Positions 1 to 12,487 of a DNA stretch of 64,000 nucleotides are shown one piece after another (position 1 is the stretch's first letter; every line of letters begins with the position of its first letter). The notes below the pieces were generated by a model. That model ran no database searches and was not told the origin of the DNA. It saw nothing but the letters and a program-made list of their open reading frames with translations. Origin of the DNA: Mustelus asterias (lineage: Eukaryota); assembly GCF_964213995.1 (NCBI RefSeq), contig NC_135823.1:49538001-49602000 (forward strand). The letters are read 5' to 3'. Position numbers and translations under genes: made by a program.

Positions 1-1769
1 AAAAGTATTGTTTCTTGCACGCTATACAGAAAAAGCATACCATACACAGAAGAGGAGAGGGTGCAGAATGTGTCATTTGCCTATTTCTTATATTCTTCTG
101 TGTAACAAGCTAGAAGTTTTAAGAATAGTGTAGTTGAGGTTGAGGGTTGTAGGAAGAGAGTCAAGAGCTGGAGGGTAAAGTGGGGTTTAGGGCTGCTCCT
201 TTCCTTCATTAGCTGAGGTATTGAATGCAAGAGCAGGCAGGATATGCTGAAGCAACATAGAACATTATTTAGGCCACAACTTGAATAGTGTGCGCAGTTC
301 TGGTCACCTCATTACAGAAGGGTGTAATTGCACTAGAGATGCTCCAGAATAGACTTACAAGGATGGTGGCATGACTTGAAAATTGCAAGTATGAGGAAAG
401 ATGGGGTAGGCTAGGGTTGTTCTCCTTGGAACACAACAGGCTGAGGGGAGATTTGACTTAGGTAGATTTAGTGATTGGTAGAAGGATTAAGCAGGGAGAT
501 TAGGGAAACCTTTTGCATCCAGAGGGTAGTAAGGGTCTGGAACTCGTATCTGAAAGGGTAGTAGTGTTAGGTACTCTCATTTTAAAGGTGTCTGGATATG
601 CACCTGAAGTGTCGTAACCTGCAAGGCTACATATAAAATGCTGGGAGATGGAAGATTGTGGCAACAAGTAAAAGTAAAGATTGCATTTTGAAATTGTATT
701 CGAACATTCATAAGGTTACCTTCAAATTTTTCTGTCTTATCCACCAATTTGAAGTCGTCTGATAATCCAGATTTATGTTTCTTAACCTGCCTAAAAACAT
801 CTGGTATCAAGTTTCTCTTCCGATTCATTACTGTAATTAATAGAAAAAGATAGGAATTGAAACATTACACAGTAAAAGAATCTCATCTGCAATGGTGTCA
901 GTTCTAAGTGCAATATTTTCACTAAACAACCATCCATAATAATATATCATATGCTGCTCAGTACAATCAAAACTGCTCTAAAAGGACTTGACCATTTCAC
1001 CTAAAGACTTGCATTTATATAGCACATTTCATGACCTCAAGACATTTGGTTGAGACATGAATATTGACTCGGACACCATTCAAATGGCATAATAGGATTT
1101 TTATGTTCACCCGAGGACAAGGGTTCCATCCAAAAGACAGAACGTCTGACAGCATCACACAGACACATTGACAATAAAAGCTGATTTACGTGTCTTTTAT
1201 TCTCCTCATAGTTGAATCTTGGATGAAGGAATTTTCATTTGCACAATCACCTGTGCTTTTTGATCTTGGGCGTTAACTTGTACACACCTGCCATTGTGAA
1301 TGGCACCACAGGGAAGATAACACTGTTTTGTTAGGACAAGAAGTGTTTTGAGCTCAACATTCACTAGCTCTTAACAGTTTTTATTTCCCCTTTTTGGGTG
1401 TCTCTAAACTCTGTGCATGTATAATCTTGCTCCCATTGGCATATTCCAACCAAGCCTTTGCTTAAACTATAACTGCACTGAGTGTATCAGCCTGGATGTT
1501 AAGCTCAAGTTCCTGAAGCAGAGCCTGAACCCATAACCTTCTGACTCAGAAGCTGAGACAAGAAACAAGTAAAATGGGGTCTTTAATTGGTCCAGGATAG
1601 AACCACTCAGTTACTATTGCATTAATGTTAACAAAGCATTATAGATTTCTGACCAATCAAGTGATTGTGAATTCAAGTAAACTTAACAGGAGTTATCCAT
1701 CTTGCAATTTGGGAAATTGCCCAGGTAGGTCCAATCCACATGAGCTAGGACAAATCCAGTAAGGCCAAT

Positions 1770-2075
1770 TAAGTTAATTTATTAGTGTCACAAATAGGCT
1801 TACATCAACACTGCAGTGAAGTTACTATGAAAATCCTCTAGTCGCCACACTCTAGTGCCTGTTCGGGTACGCTGAGGGAGAATTTAGCATAGCCAATGCA
1901 CCTAACCAGCACATCTTTGGACTGTGGGAGGACAGCGGAGCACCCGGACGAAAAACACACAGACACGTGGAGAATGTTCAAACTCCACACAGACAGTGAC
2001 CCAACCCGGGAATCAAACCCGGGGTCCCTGGAGCTGTGAGGCAGCAGTGCTAACCACTGTACCACCGTGCTGCTC
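1770..2075 (-). mobile_element. tRNA-derived V-SINE (HE1-like head, tail type B)
   Basis: Pol III A/B boxes (tggtacagtgg; ggtttgattcc), conserved central domain, tail ...ttcatagtaacttcactgcagtgttgatgtaagcc. Confidence 0.8.
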
Positions 2076-4639
2076 CAAGTGATGGAAAGTGATGTATAGT
2101 GCTATCCAGCAGCACCTATCAATAGTCTGCCCATTGCTCAGTTTGGGTACCCCTCAGCTCTTCACTTCATTAGAGTTGGTAAATGCCAAGAATTGGGGGA
2201 GTAATTATGAAATGTACAAGACCATGGAGAGATTTTTAAAAATTCTTTGACAGATGTGGGTGTCACTGGCTAAACCAGTATTTATTGCCCATCCCCAATT
2301 GCCCTCGAGAAGGTAAGTCACCTTCTTGAACCACTGCAATCCACGTGGTGTAGGTACACCCACAGTGCTGTTTCCATGATTTTGACTCAGCAACAGTGAA
2401 GGAATGGCAATAAGACGGCAAGTCAGAGTGGTGTGCAATTGAAAGGGAACTTGCAGGTTGCAAAGTGGGGGGGGGGGTTACCATTTACCGGAAACTGAAC
2501 TGAACCAGCTACAAGAGAAGATCAGAGGCTAGGAATCCTGTAGCAAGTAACTTACCTTTCGATTCCCCAAGGCATGCCCACCATCTAATAAGACAAGTCA
2601 GGAATACTTGGAATACTCTTCACTTGCCTGGTTGAGTGCAGCTCCAATAATACTCAAAGCTCAACACCAGCCAAGAGAAAGAAGCCCACTTGATTGGCAC
2701 CCCTTCCACAACATTCACTCCCTCCACCACGGACGCATAACGGCAGCAGTGTATACCATCTACAAGATGCACTGCAGGAACTAACCAAGGCTCCTTAGGC
2801 AGCACCTTCCAACCTTCCAAACCCAGGACTACTATCATCTATAACGACAAAGGGAGCCGATACAAGGGAACACCACCGCTTGGAGGCTCCCCTCCAAGTC
2901 ACTCACCACCCTGACTTGGAAATATATCACCATTCCTTTACTGTCACTGGGTCAAAATTCTAGAACCTCAACAGCACTACAGGTGTACCTAAACCACAGG
3001 AACTGCAGCAGCTCACCACTACCTTCTCTAGCCAACAATGCCCAGATCCCATAAATGATTTTTTTTCTAAGTATGCTGCCCTTGTTCTTCTAAATGGCAG
3101 AGGTCATGGGTTTGGAAGGTGCTGGGGAAAGAGCCTTGGTGAGTTGCTGCATCTTGAGATAGTACCCACTGCTGCCATTGTGTGTCAGTAATGAATGTTG
3201 AAGATGGTGGATGAGGTGTCAAGCAAGTGGGCTGCTTTGCCCTGGATGGTGTTGAGTTTCTTGGGTGTTGTTAGAGTCGCACTTATATAGTTAAGTGAAG
3301 AGTACTCCATCACACTTCTGAATTGACCTTTATTTCTGAACAGGCTTTGGGGAGTCAGGTGAGTTACTCACCACAGACCTGCTTTTGTAGCCATTGCTGG
3401 TCCAGTTAAGTTTCTGCCCAATGGTAACCTCCAGGATGTTGATGGTGGGGATTCACTGATTGGAGTCAGGACATCACTGCAGGCATTCCACAGATAGTGC
3501 CCTAGGCCCAAGCATCCTTAAGCCTTCCCTCCATCACAAGGTCAGAAGTTTATTTAAGTTTACTTATTATTGTCCCAAGTAGACTACAGTGTAATTAAGT
3601 TACTGTGAAAATCCCCTAGTTGCCACATCCAGCACCTGTTCAGGTACACTGAGGGAGAATTTAGCACAGCCAATGCATCTAACTAAGTGGGAACTTTTGC
3701 TGATGATTGCACAATATTCAACACCATTCACAACTCAAATATTGAAGGAGTCCATATCTATAAACACCAAGACCTAATCAAGATCCAGCACTGATAAGCG
3801 GCAAACAACATTTACATCACGCAAGTACCAGGTAGTGACAATCTCCAATGGGAGAAATTCCCTCACCTTGGCATTACCATTGTTACCAACATGATGGAAC
3901 TATAATAACCATTCCTTCACTGTCACTGGGTCAAAATCCTGGATTCCCTTCAGAACAACACTGTGGATATTCCCAGGCAACATGCAGCAGTTCAAAAAGG
4001 CAGCTCGCCATTCTCCCAAGCACAATTAAGGGGTGGGCAATGAATCCTCAGCTAGCCACTGACATCACAGGAACATACATATAAGATCAGCAGCGGTAAT
4101 GCCATTGAATTCGATGCATTTGAAAGCAAGGACGAGAGTTTGAATCAGGACATTTGTTGACTGGAAGCCACTGTAGGTCTGGGGTGACAGGGGACGGAGG
4201 CTTGCTGCAAGTTAAGGTAAAGACAGCAGATTTTTGAATAACCTTAAGTTTCTAAAAGATAAAGAGAGACCAGCTAGGAGTGCATTGGAATAACCAAGTC
4301 TAGAGATACCATCCGATGTTGAAAGTTACCTGAACCATCCAAGCTGCTGGACTCTGACTGCCTCTCCCCTCTGCTCACATTTAACACTGGGGCACCAACG
4401 CAATCACTCCGCGACATACAAACATCGACGCACCGAAATGACGTTTTACAGTGTGCGTCTCTAATTGATGTCCGGCCAACCTGACTGAATTATTCATTTC
4501 CACCCATTAACCAAGATACGGAAACAAAACAAAATAGCTGTCGTGTTATTTAAGTGCGCTATTTCTCGAAGTATACACGCATTTGTTTTCAGAGAACTAA
4601 AACATGGACTGATCCTGTATTTAGATTAAATTGCTTCTT

Positions 4640-4930
4640 GAGTGGATGATGTTTCCGCCCGGAAGCTGAAGGCGGTGGTACTGGTTTTTCGGCGCCATTT
4701 TGCGCTGCGGTTCCCGCTCGGCGGCGGCGCCTCCTCCTCCCGGTGTGGCGGAGAACGGTACCGTGTTCAAGCTGGACGCGCGGGTTTGTTTCTCTCCCCT
4801 CCTCCCTTTTCTGCGAATAAAGCCGTTAATGGGCTTCGGGAAACAGGCTGCACATTCACCGCTTCTCCACAGTCCCGGGAGCAAAGGAGACTCCGACCTC
4901 TCGGCGGCTGAAAGGCCCGAAAGGAATCCG
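4640..4930 (+). promoter_or_regulatory. CpG-rich promoter and probable non-coding first exon of DXO
   Basis: Only CpG-dense unique stretch upstream of DXO; ETS-type CCGGAAG near 4660; YY1-type CGCCATTTT near 4694; candidate donor gtgaga at 4930. Confidence 0.6.
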
Positions 4931-6779
4931 TGAGAGAGAGAGAGAGAGAGGGGGGGGGAAGGGGCGGACAGGCCGATTTCCTGAATTCTACCCCTGACTG
5001 CTCTTGGGGGAGGGGAGGTCTAGGCTCAGATGCAGATTAAATTCCCAGCACCTGTCCTGTCGCCTCACTGAGGGAGAGTGACAGTTTTTAGCTGCGAACT
5101 CACTCACCCGCTTGAGATTTTACCTAAACCCATTTATCGTGGGGTTTTTGCAGCGGAAAAGGGCTTTGATCCCGTCAGCCGCGACTGGATTTGAACCAAG
5201 TTTGAAACTGAAAGGCTAGTGTCACTAAACTCTCGTCTTTTTAAAAAAAAACTTGGACGTCTGTTTTTTTTTTAAACTGTCCTTTGAAATTATGGGGACC
5301 GTTGTTGACCTGGCTGTGTTGCAGAGATCCTTCACTTTTATGTCTGTGCAGCCTGTAATTATGTCACACATTTTGACATTAACAGCTTTTGTTGGTGTTA
5401 TGTTGTTCCTGGACATGGTTTTGTCAGAATTGTAAGTCTTTTTTGGTAAGTTGCAGTCAGGGATTTTTAATATTTTTTCTAGTTTAAACATATGACAACT
5501 ACTGTAAATAAGTCAATAAATAACATTTGAGAAATGATGGTTGTGTTTGTTTCTTGGTAACAAGTAATGAATCATCTGGTTACCCAGTCACTGAGATTAT
5601 ACAGAGGTAGAGAAAGTGCTGTTTGGCCCAGATGCACCTTATTTTAAAAGTGCCAAACTGACCACTTGGGTGAAGTATTTCTCATCCTGCCAGACATGTA
5701 TCCCATATCAATTCATTGCATTTGGCAGAAGAGAATTGGAAATGCTATGGGGAGTTTGTTCTGAGTGCCTTACCAACTAATTGTAAAATAAGGGAAGTGT
5801 TGTGGCTTCAGCACTGCATTTTAACTGCGGTACTAAATTATTTTAATTGATCTTTTGCAAAGAAAAGGTTCAGTCCCTTGGTGATAACCAGTTGATTTGA
5901 ATTTATGAAACTGACAAAAGAAAATAATGCATGTGACTACTAAGAAACATGATTTTCCTTTGCGTGCATTACCGAATATTAATTGAGCTGATTGTTGAGA
6001 GGGAGATTAATATTTTTCATAAAATGCTGAAAAAAAACTTTGGGTCTGGCAGCATCAGCAGAGAGATTGAGTTAACATTTCAGATAGATGATCTTTCATT
6101 GAACTCTGATCATTGTCCAGCAACCCATATTAGAAAGTGAATCGTTGATGGCAGGATTGAGCATGAGTGTCCATAGTCAATTAGCTTGTTGAAATTCAGT
6201 ACCTAGGTTTATAATGTGAAGAATGCCCAGTCAGAATGACACACTGAGGGCAGCCATTGGTGGAGGAACCAAGCTCAGCAGAATTTAATATCTTCAATCT
6301 AAACAATAGTTCACTGATATTAAAATTCCATACATTACTCTAAAGCAAAAGCTAATCATCTTGGTAATATTTTTGTAGCATTAACTAGTACTGCAAGTAT
6401 GGGTTACTTGGCTTATCTTCATATACTTATTGGACAATCCAATTATTTTGCTGCAGTTTGATAGATTTTCTTTGTGGTTCAGAGAAAGACATGGTTAAAA
6501 TCTTTAAAAGAGCCTCTAAAAAGTAATCTGATGAATAAATTATTATTCTCTCTGTTTCCACATTTTCCTCTGGAACAAACCAAGATCATTCAGGCCAATT
6601 GGGTCAAAAGGTTGCATTTATTTGTGAAAAGAGAGCAACAATGCTTGGCAGTAAACTGTTGGCACCATCAACTGCAGTGTCCATGGCAATGCCTCCACCA
6701 ATCAGGAGTCCACCTGCCAACGAATCATCACTCATACAGTATTAATTTGTTGATTTCCCTTGCATTGTATTCTTGCAAA

Positions 6780-6813
6780 TGTCCTGATGAGTGCAAGATG
6801 AAAAGCTTTGACA
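6780..6813 (+). ncRNA. Minimal type I hammerhead ribozyme motif in a retroelement remnant
   Basis: TGTC-CTGATGA-GTgcaagAT-GAAA-AGCT-TT-GACA: catalytic core boxes, 4-bp stem I, 2-bp stem II and palindromic stem III. Confidence 0.6.
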
Positions 6814-7269
6814 AAAAATCTTTTTTCAGGAATACTCAAGTTACCAAACAACTTTTTTGAGGGATGGAGTAAGTATAAGGCAGGTCCAAGTCAGATGTTG
6901 TGACTGAATAATTTTGCATCTTGCAGTTCATGAATATTTAGATTTCATTAGATTTCACATTAGATTTCACTGTCATGATATCTCAAAATTCACATGCATT
7001 TATATCTGTACAAAACAATTACAAGACTAACAAGTAGAAGTTTTCATGCAGATTTGTTCTTGACTAATTTCTTGAGACTGCATAATTCAAATTCTTTCCA
7101 AAAATAAAATCAATTTTATAGTTTTTATTACAAATAGTTTTACTTTTGGATCTTTTCAAAGATTAAAAATCTACATTGTACACCAATAATCTCTGTTATC
7201 GCCAATATTCAGGTTGGTAAAAAAGACACTGACACCTTAAATTTTCAGCTGATCAGATTGAGCCTGACA

Positions 7270-9400
7270 GACCTGATTGAATTTTTGGAGAGATGACTAA
7301 AGTAGTGGACTGGGGAATGACTGTGGATACTATTTATTTGGACTTGCAGAAGGCATTTGATATAAGTCCCAGATCAGAGACTGTTAGTTAAAGTTGAATC
7401 TCATGGAATTAAAGGCAAATTATTGACCTGGTTCAGAGACTAGCTGAGTGACAGAAAATGGAAAGTAGGGACAAAGAAAGGGTACTCTAATTGGCAGCAA
7501 GTGAATAGTGGTGTCCCATAGGAAGGTGTTTTAGGACCTCAACTATTTTTCTGTATTTATTAATAATGGTGTTTCCAACTTTGGCAATGACAAAAAGATA
7601 GATGGCATTGTAAGCAGTATAGATGGAGCAGAAACATACAGAAGAATGAATAGATGGACAAAACTGTCAAAAAAGACTTCATTGTGGGCATAGGGGAGGT
7701 CATGTACTTTGATATAAAAAGGATAGAACTGGCTGCTTTCTAAATGGTGAAATTCTAGATCTGTGGAGGTCCAGAGATATTTGGAGATCTATGGACATAG
7801 ATCATTAAAATGTCATGAATAGGTACAAAAAATGAATACTGATCTTTATATCTAGAGGACAATACAAGGGGGTAGAAGTCATGCTTCAGCTACAGAACGC
7901 CCTGGTTAGATCCTGCCAAGAGTACTGTGTTCGATCTGGTACCACACATTAAGAAGGATAAATTGGCCTTGGAGGAACTGCAATGTAGATTTACTGGAAT
8001 GATCCCTGGCATTCAAGGGTTAAATTATTAGGAGAGATGATATAAACTAGGGTTGTATTCCTTGGAATGTAAAAGGTTAAAGGTTGAAAACTCATCTCCA
8101 AACTCCGTGGCTTGGGGCTCAGCTCCTCTCCCTGTGACTGGATTCTAGACTTGCTAACCCACAGACCGCAATCAGTAAGGATAGGCAACAAAACCACCTC
8201 CACGATTATCCTCAACACCGGTGCCCCACAAGGCTGTGTCCTCAGTCCCCTACTATAATCCTTATACACTTATGACTGTGGCCAAATTCCGATCCAACTC
8301 CATTTTCAAGTTTGCTGATGACACCACCATAGTGGGTTGGATCTCAAACGACGAGACGGAATACAGGAAAGAGATAGAGAATCTGGTGAAATAGTGTGAT
8401 GACAATCTCTTCCCCAATGTCAGTAAAATGAAGGAGATAGTCATCAACTTCAGGAAGCATAGTGGAGGACATGCCCCTGTCTGCGTCAACGGTGAAGAAG
8501 TGGAAATGGTCGAGAGCTTCAAGTTTCTAGGTGTCCAGATCACCAACAACCTGTCCTGGTCCTTCCACACTGACGCTATAGTTAAGAAATCCCACCATTG
8601 CCTCTACTTTCTTAGGAGGCCAAGGAAATTTGGCATGTCCGCTATGACTCACCAATTTTTACAGATGCACCATAGAAAGCATCCTTTCCGGATGTATTAC
8701 AGCTTGGTATGGCTCCTGCTCTGACCAAGACCGCAAAAAACTACAAAGGGTTGGGAACATGGCTCAGTTCATCACGCAAACCAGCCTTTCATCCATTGAC
8801 ACTGTCTACACTTCCCGCTGCCTCGGAAAAGTAGCCAGAATAATCAAGGACCCCACGCACCCCGGACATGCTCTCTTCCGGCGGGAAAAAGATGCAAAAG
8901 TCTGAGACCACCTACCAACCAACTCAAGAACAGCTTCTTCCCTGCTGCCATCAGACTTTTGTACACTATATTCTGCACCCTCTCCTCCCCTATGTACTCT
9001 ATGAAAATATGCTTTGTATAGCACGCATGAAACAATACTTCTCGCTGTATACCAATACATGTGACAATAAATAAAATTTAAAAAGGTTTGATCAATGTTT
9101 TCAAAATATGAAGGGGAAAAAGAAGGGTAGATAGAAACTATTTCAGCTGTCTGGGGATAAGGGAACATAGTCTAAAAATTAGAACAAGACAGTATAAGAG
9201 TGAAGTGAGTAAAAACTGGCCAGTAGATGTTTGAAACTCACTTCTGCAAACAGTTTAGTGATGTTAGATGAATTGTTAATTTTAATTCCGCAATGTCAAA
9301 TATAGGATATGTAGGTGTGAGGAGTTAGGTCACAGATTAGGTATGACCTCCTTGAATGGCAAAGCAGATTTAAAATGCTTCATGACCTTCTCCTATGTTC
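7270..9400 (+). mobile_element. Degenerate CR1-type LINE fragment (interrupted by the Rex-type LINE)
   Basis: RT remnants (IYLDLQKAFD, SGVP..GVLGPQLF) and a CR1-like 3' end. Confidence 0.7.
8088..9075 (+). mobile_element. 5'-truncated Rex1/Babar-type LINE nested in a CR1 fragment
   Basis: RT remnants [24 protein letters not shown] and KEIVINFRK with stops and frameshifts; 3' end ...atacatgtgacaataaataaa. Confidence 0.75.
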
Positions 9401-10484
9401 CTAACTCAGATTTGTTGCCACTAATGTAGTTAGCATTTGCAGGCCTATAATAGGTTACCACTAATGCCCCCTTTTATATATATATTTTAAAGTACAGGCA
9501 GCAGCAGCCCTCTGCTACCTCATTCAATGTGATCTGGAGTCACATGTTAGGAAACAATCTGACATTGCTTGGAGCTCTGCAGGGGAAAGTGGTGTATCGT
9601 GGCTGAGCCCAGTCCTATCACCTTTTAAGGTCCACGTGCACTTAAGAACAGAGGTCATCGATCAGAAGCCCTATTGTTCCCCTTCCTGGTGCAGGAATAC
9701 TGGGGCTAATTCCCACCCCCCAGCTGCCCTATCGTAAGCTACCGCTCCCCCCAACTACCCCATCACGAGGATTTTCCTGGTCAGCTGCAAACCACATGAT
9801 GGATTTCACCAGTGAGTGCCTTTTAATTATAAACCAAATTGCTCCAAAGGAAAATATCTACTGGAAGTTCAAGTTTGAGGACTTAGGAAATTGTTAATGA
9901 TGAGACACATTCCATTCTGTTTGTTAGGGGAAAGGTAAAGTGATTGACACCAACCCTGATTATTGGGTGGAGTATGATGAGGACTTGTGAATAGTCAAAA
10001 TCTGTTACAATTAATTTTAGTAATGATCTCAATTCTATGTCAGAAGATATTGTAGAGTGCAAGGATGCGGAATTGAGTCTGAATAATAGATGAGTAAGAC
10101 CACACTCAATATTGGATTAACTTTGGTCACCAAAGGGAACAGAGGAAAGCAACAAGAATGATCATTTCCAGCAAGATAGGGTAAAGAGGTAAGATTAATG
10201 AGAATGGAAGGTCATGCATTTTGAGGGGAATACTTGCATATCCCACTACCAAGCTTGGCTTGTGCAATATACAACCAGAAAGAATCTTTAGAAAAAGGCA
10301 CTAGACAATGGTGCAAAGCAAACTAGACAAGATTGTGATAAGTCTTGTTCAAAGGGAGGGAACTTGGAGGAAGGATATCAATGCATAGAATCCAACTGCT
10401 GCACTGTAGACCGAGCTTGCGTGAACAAGGCCTAACCTCAAGCCACAGATTTCTGAAGTGTGGTTTGTACAAACTTTTTTTAAA

Positions 10485-10806
10485 ATTCATTCATGGGATG
10501 TGGGCATCGCTGGCTGGGCCAGTATTCATTGCCCATCCCTGAGGTCATTTAAGAGTTAACCACATTGCTGTGGATCTGGAATCACATGTAGGCCAGACAA
10601 AGATGGCAGATTTCCTTCCCTACAGGACATTAGTGAGCCAGGTGGGTTTTTACAGCAATTGATTATGGTTTCATGGTCATCATTAGACTTTTAATTTAAA
10701 TTTCACCATCTGCCATGGTAGGATTCGAACTCTGGTTCCCCAGAGCATTACCCTGGGTCTCTGGATTACTAGTCCAGTGACAATGCCACTATGCCACTGC
10801 CTCCCC
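10485..10806 (-). mobile_element. tRNA-derived SINE of a different (DeuSINE/SacSINE-like) family
   Basis: Minus strand ggggaggcagtggcatagtgg...agttcgaatcc (A/B boxes); family name is inferred. Confidence 0.6.
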
Positions 10807-12026
10807 TTGATTAGATCAAGACCACACATACTACTTAGCTGCTTGTTCAATTTATAGTCTGAACAATAAAAAACATCAGGAATTGCTTCTCGGCCTGTAT
10901 TCCCATTGCTGACAATCACAGGATCATTATGGGTCACTACAGTATAATTGACCACCCTTGTCCCAGATGAGACAACATTGACATAGAGCAGTTGGACCGA
11001 ATGGCCTATCTGTGATGGAATTTATGTAACTCATGCATGAAATGCCCTTTTTTGTAATTGGTACAAAATATTTACTAGTTCCATTTCATCAGTACACTGT
11101 TAATACAAGTTACCAGTTATTCAAATATTTTTGTGCAAAAAAGGGCTTTGAATTGGCACAAGCATTCCACTAACACAAAAAGTTTATTGTTTTAATAAAT
11201 AATAGTTTTAAATTGTATTTTATTGTTTAACAATCACCTGTTCTTCTTAAACTGCTGTGGAGTTTATTGTAATTATGGGAGTTGAGAGAGGATATTAGAA
11301 AATAGTTCACTGTGATACAGGATAGTAGTGTAATTACATGCTCATTTTAGTTGACTTAACTGTTTTTTGTCAATGTGCTGAATATCTTTATGCCAGTGTT
11401 CTGGATGTTTTTCTCATCCTCACCATTATTAGATATTATAAAATATTATACTTTGTGTGAAAGGTGACTTTGCTTGTGTGTGAATGTATCTGCTTGCCTG
11501 TTTAAATCTATATTTATTTCATATTTTAATATTTCATCAAGAATAACCCTAGATGAATGTGAACCATGTTCCTCTCCTCTGTTGAAGGCAGTTACTCAAG
11601 TTGGGATACAGTTCCACAATTACCCATTCTTCATGTCTGAAAATAGACAGTTTGTAGGAATCAAAAGCAAGTCCACCCTCTCCTCACCACCAGCCCTACC
11701 CCCCAAAACACCCTACAGCTAACAGGTGACTGAATAGCAACCGGGTGCCCTGGCTGATCATTTTTCTTCTCCCTCTCCCAGAGGCAATGAACTCAAATCA
11801 CCAGAACTTGTCAATTAACTCATCATTGACAGCCAATCAAACATGAGATTTTATGGTTATTGTTTAGTTACACTCTGCCTTTACCAGCTGAGCCGCTGAA
11901 AGAATCTCCCCAAGTCTAAACTAAACACGTCACACAACTTAGCTGCTTTCTGTCAATTACACTGAATCTGTTATTTTTTCTTAATTTCTTGCAGGTATTT
12001 TAAATTAAATCGAAAAGTGTGACAAC

Positions 12027-12487
12027 ATGGATCGACAGTTCAACACCAGTAGGGAATCGTCAAGTAGGGAAGTCTTTAAACGAAAAGCAAGTGACACACA
12101 AGAGAGCGAGATCAAATTACTGAGGACGGACGCTGAGAAACAATGCATTTCTCACACGAACAATGAGGACAGTTGTGAACGTGTCCTTCCTGTGCAGCCA
12201 GACTATTATGACAAGAGCTTTCCTGATTATAGGCAGCCTGTAGAGATTGGCTGTTTCTCATTAGATGCACGTCGCCAGCTCTACAATGATGCCAGGCAGC
12301 TAAGGTACTGCATGAAACCCACCAACAAGAATCCAAACTTCAACCTGCGGGATGGTTACAAAGACCGATACATCAAAAGGAATGACAACGTTAAGGAAAA
12401 GCTGGATCATATCCTGAAGTGGATACTACTGAACAAACACAAATTCCCTATGCTGTCTGGGGATGACAAACCGCCTGCTTTGTCAAA
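12027..12487 (+). CDS. DXO: DXO coding exon 1 (exon starts at 11995)
   Basis: Acceptor ttcttgcag ends at 11994; ATG at 12027; encodes FPDYRQPVEIGCFSLD; donor gtaagt at 12488. Confidence 0.9.

Noticed and set aside
4621-4884. Divergent gene starting at AAAATGGCG (MAPKNQYHRL...)
   Set aside because: Stops after 25 codons with no recognisable homology; better explained as a YY1-type promoter motif.
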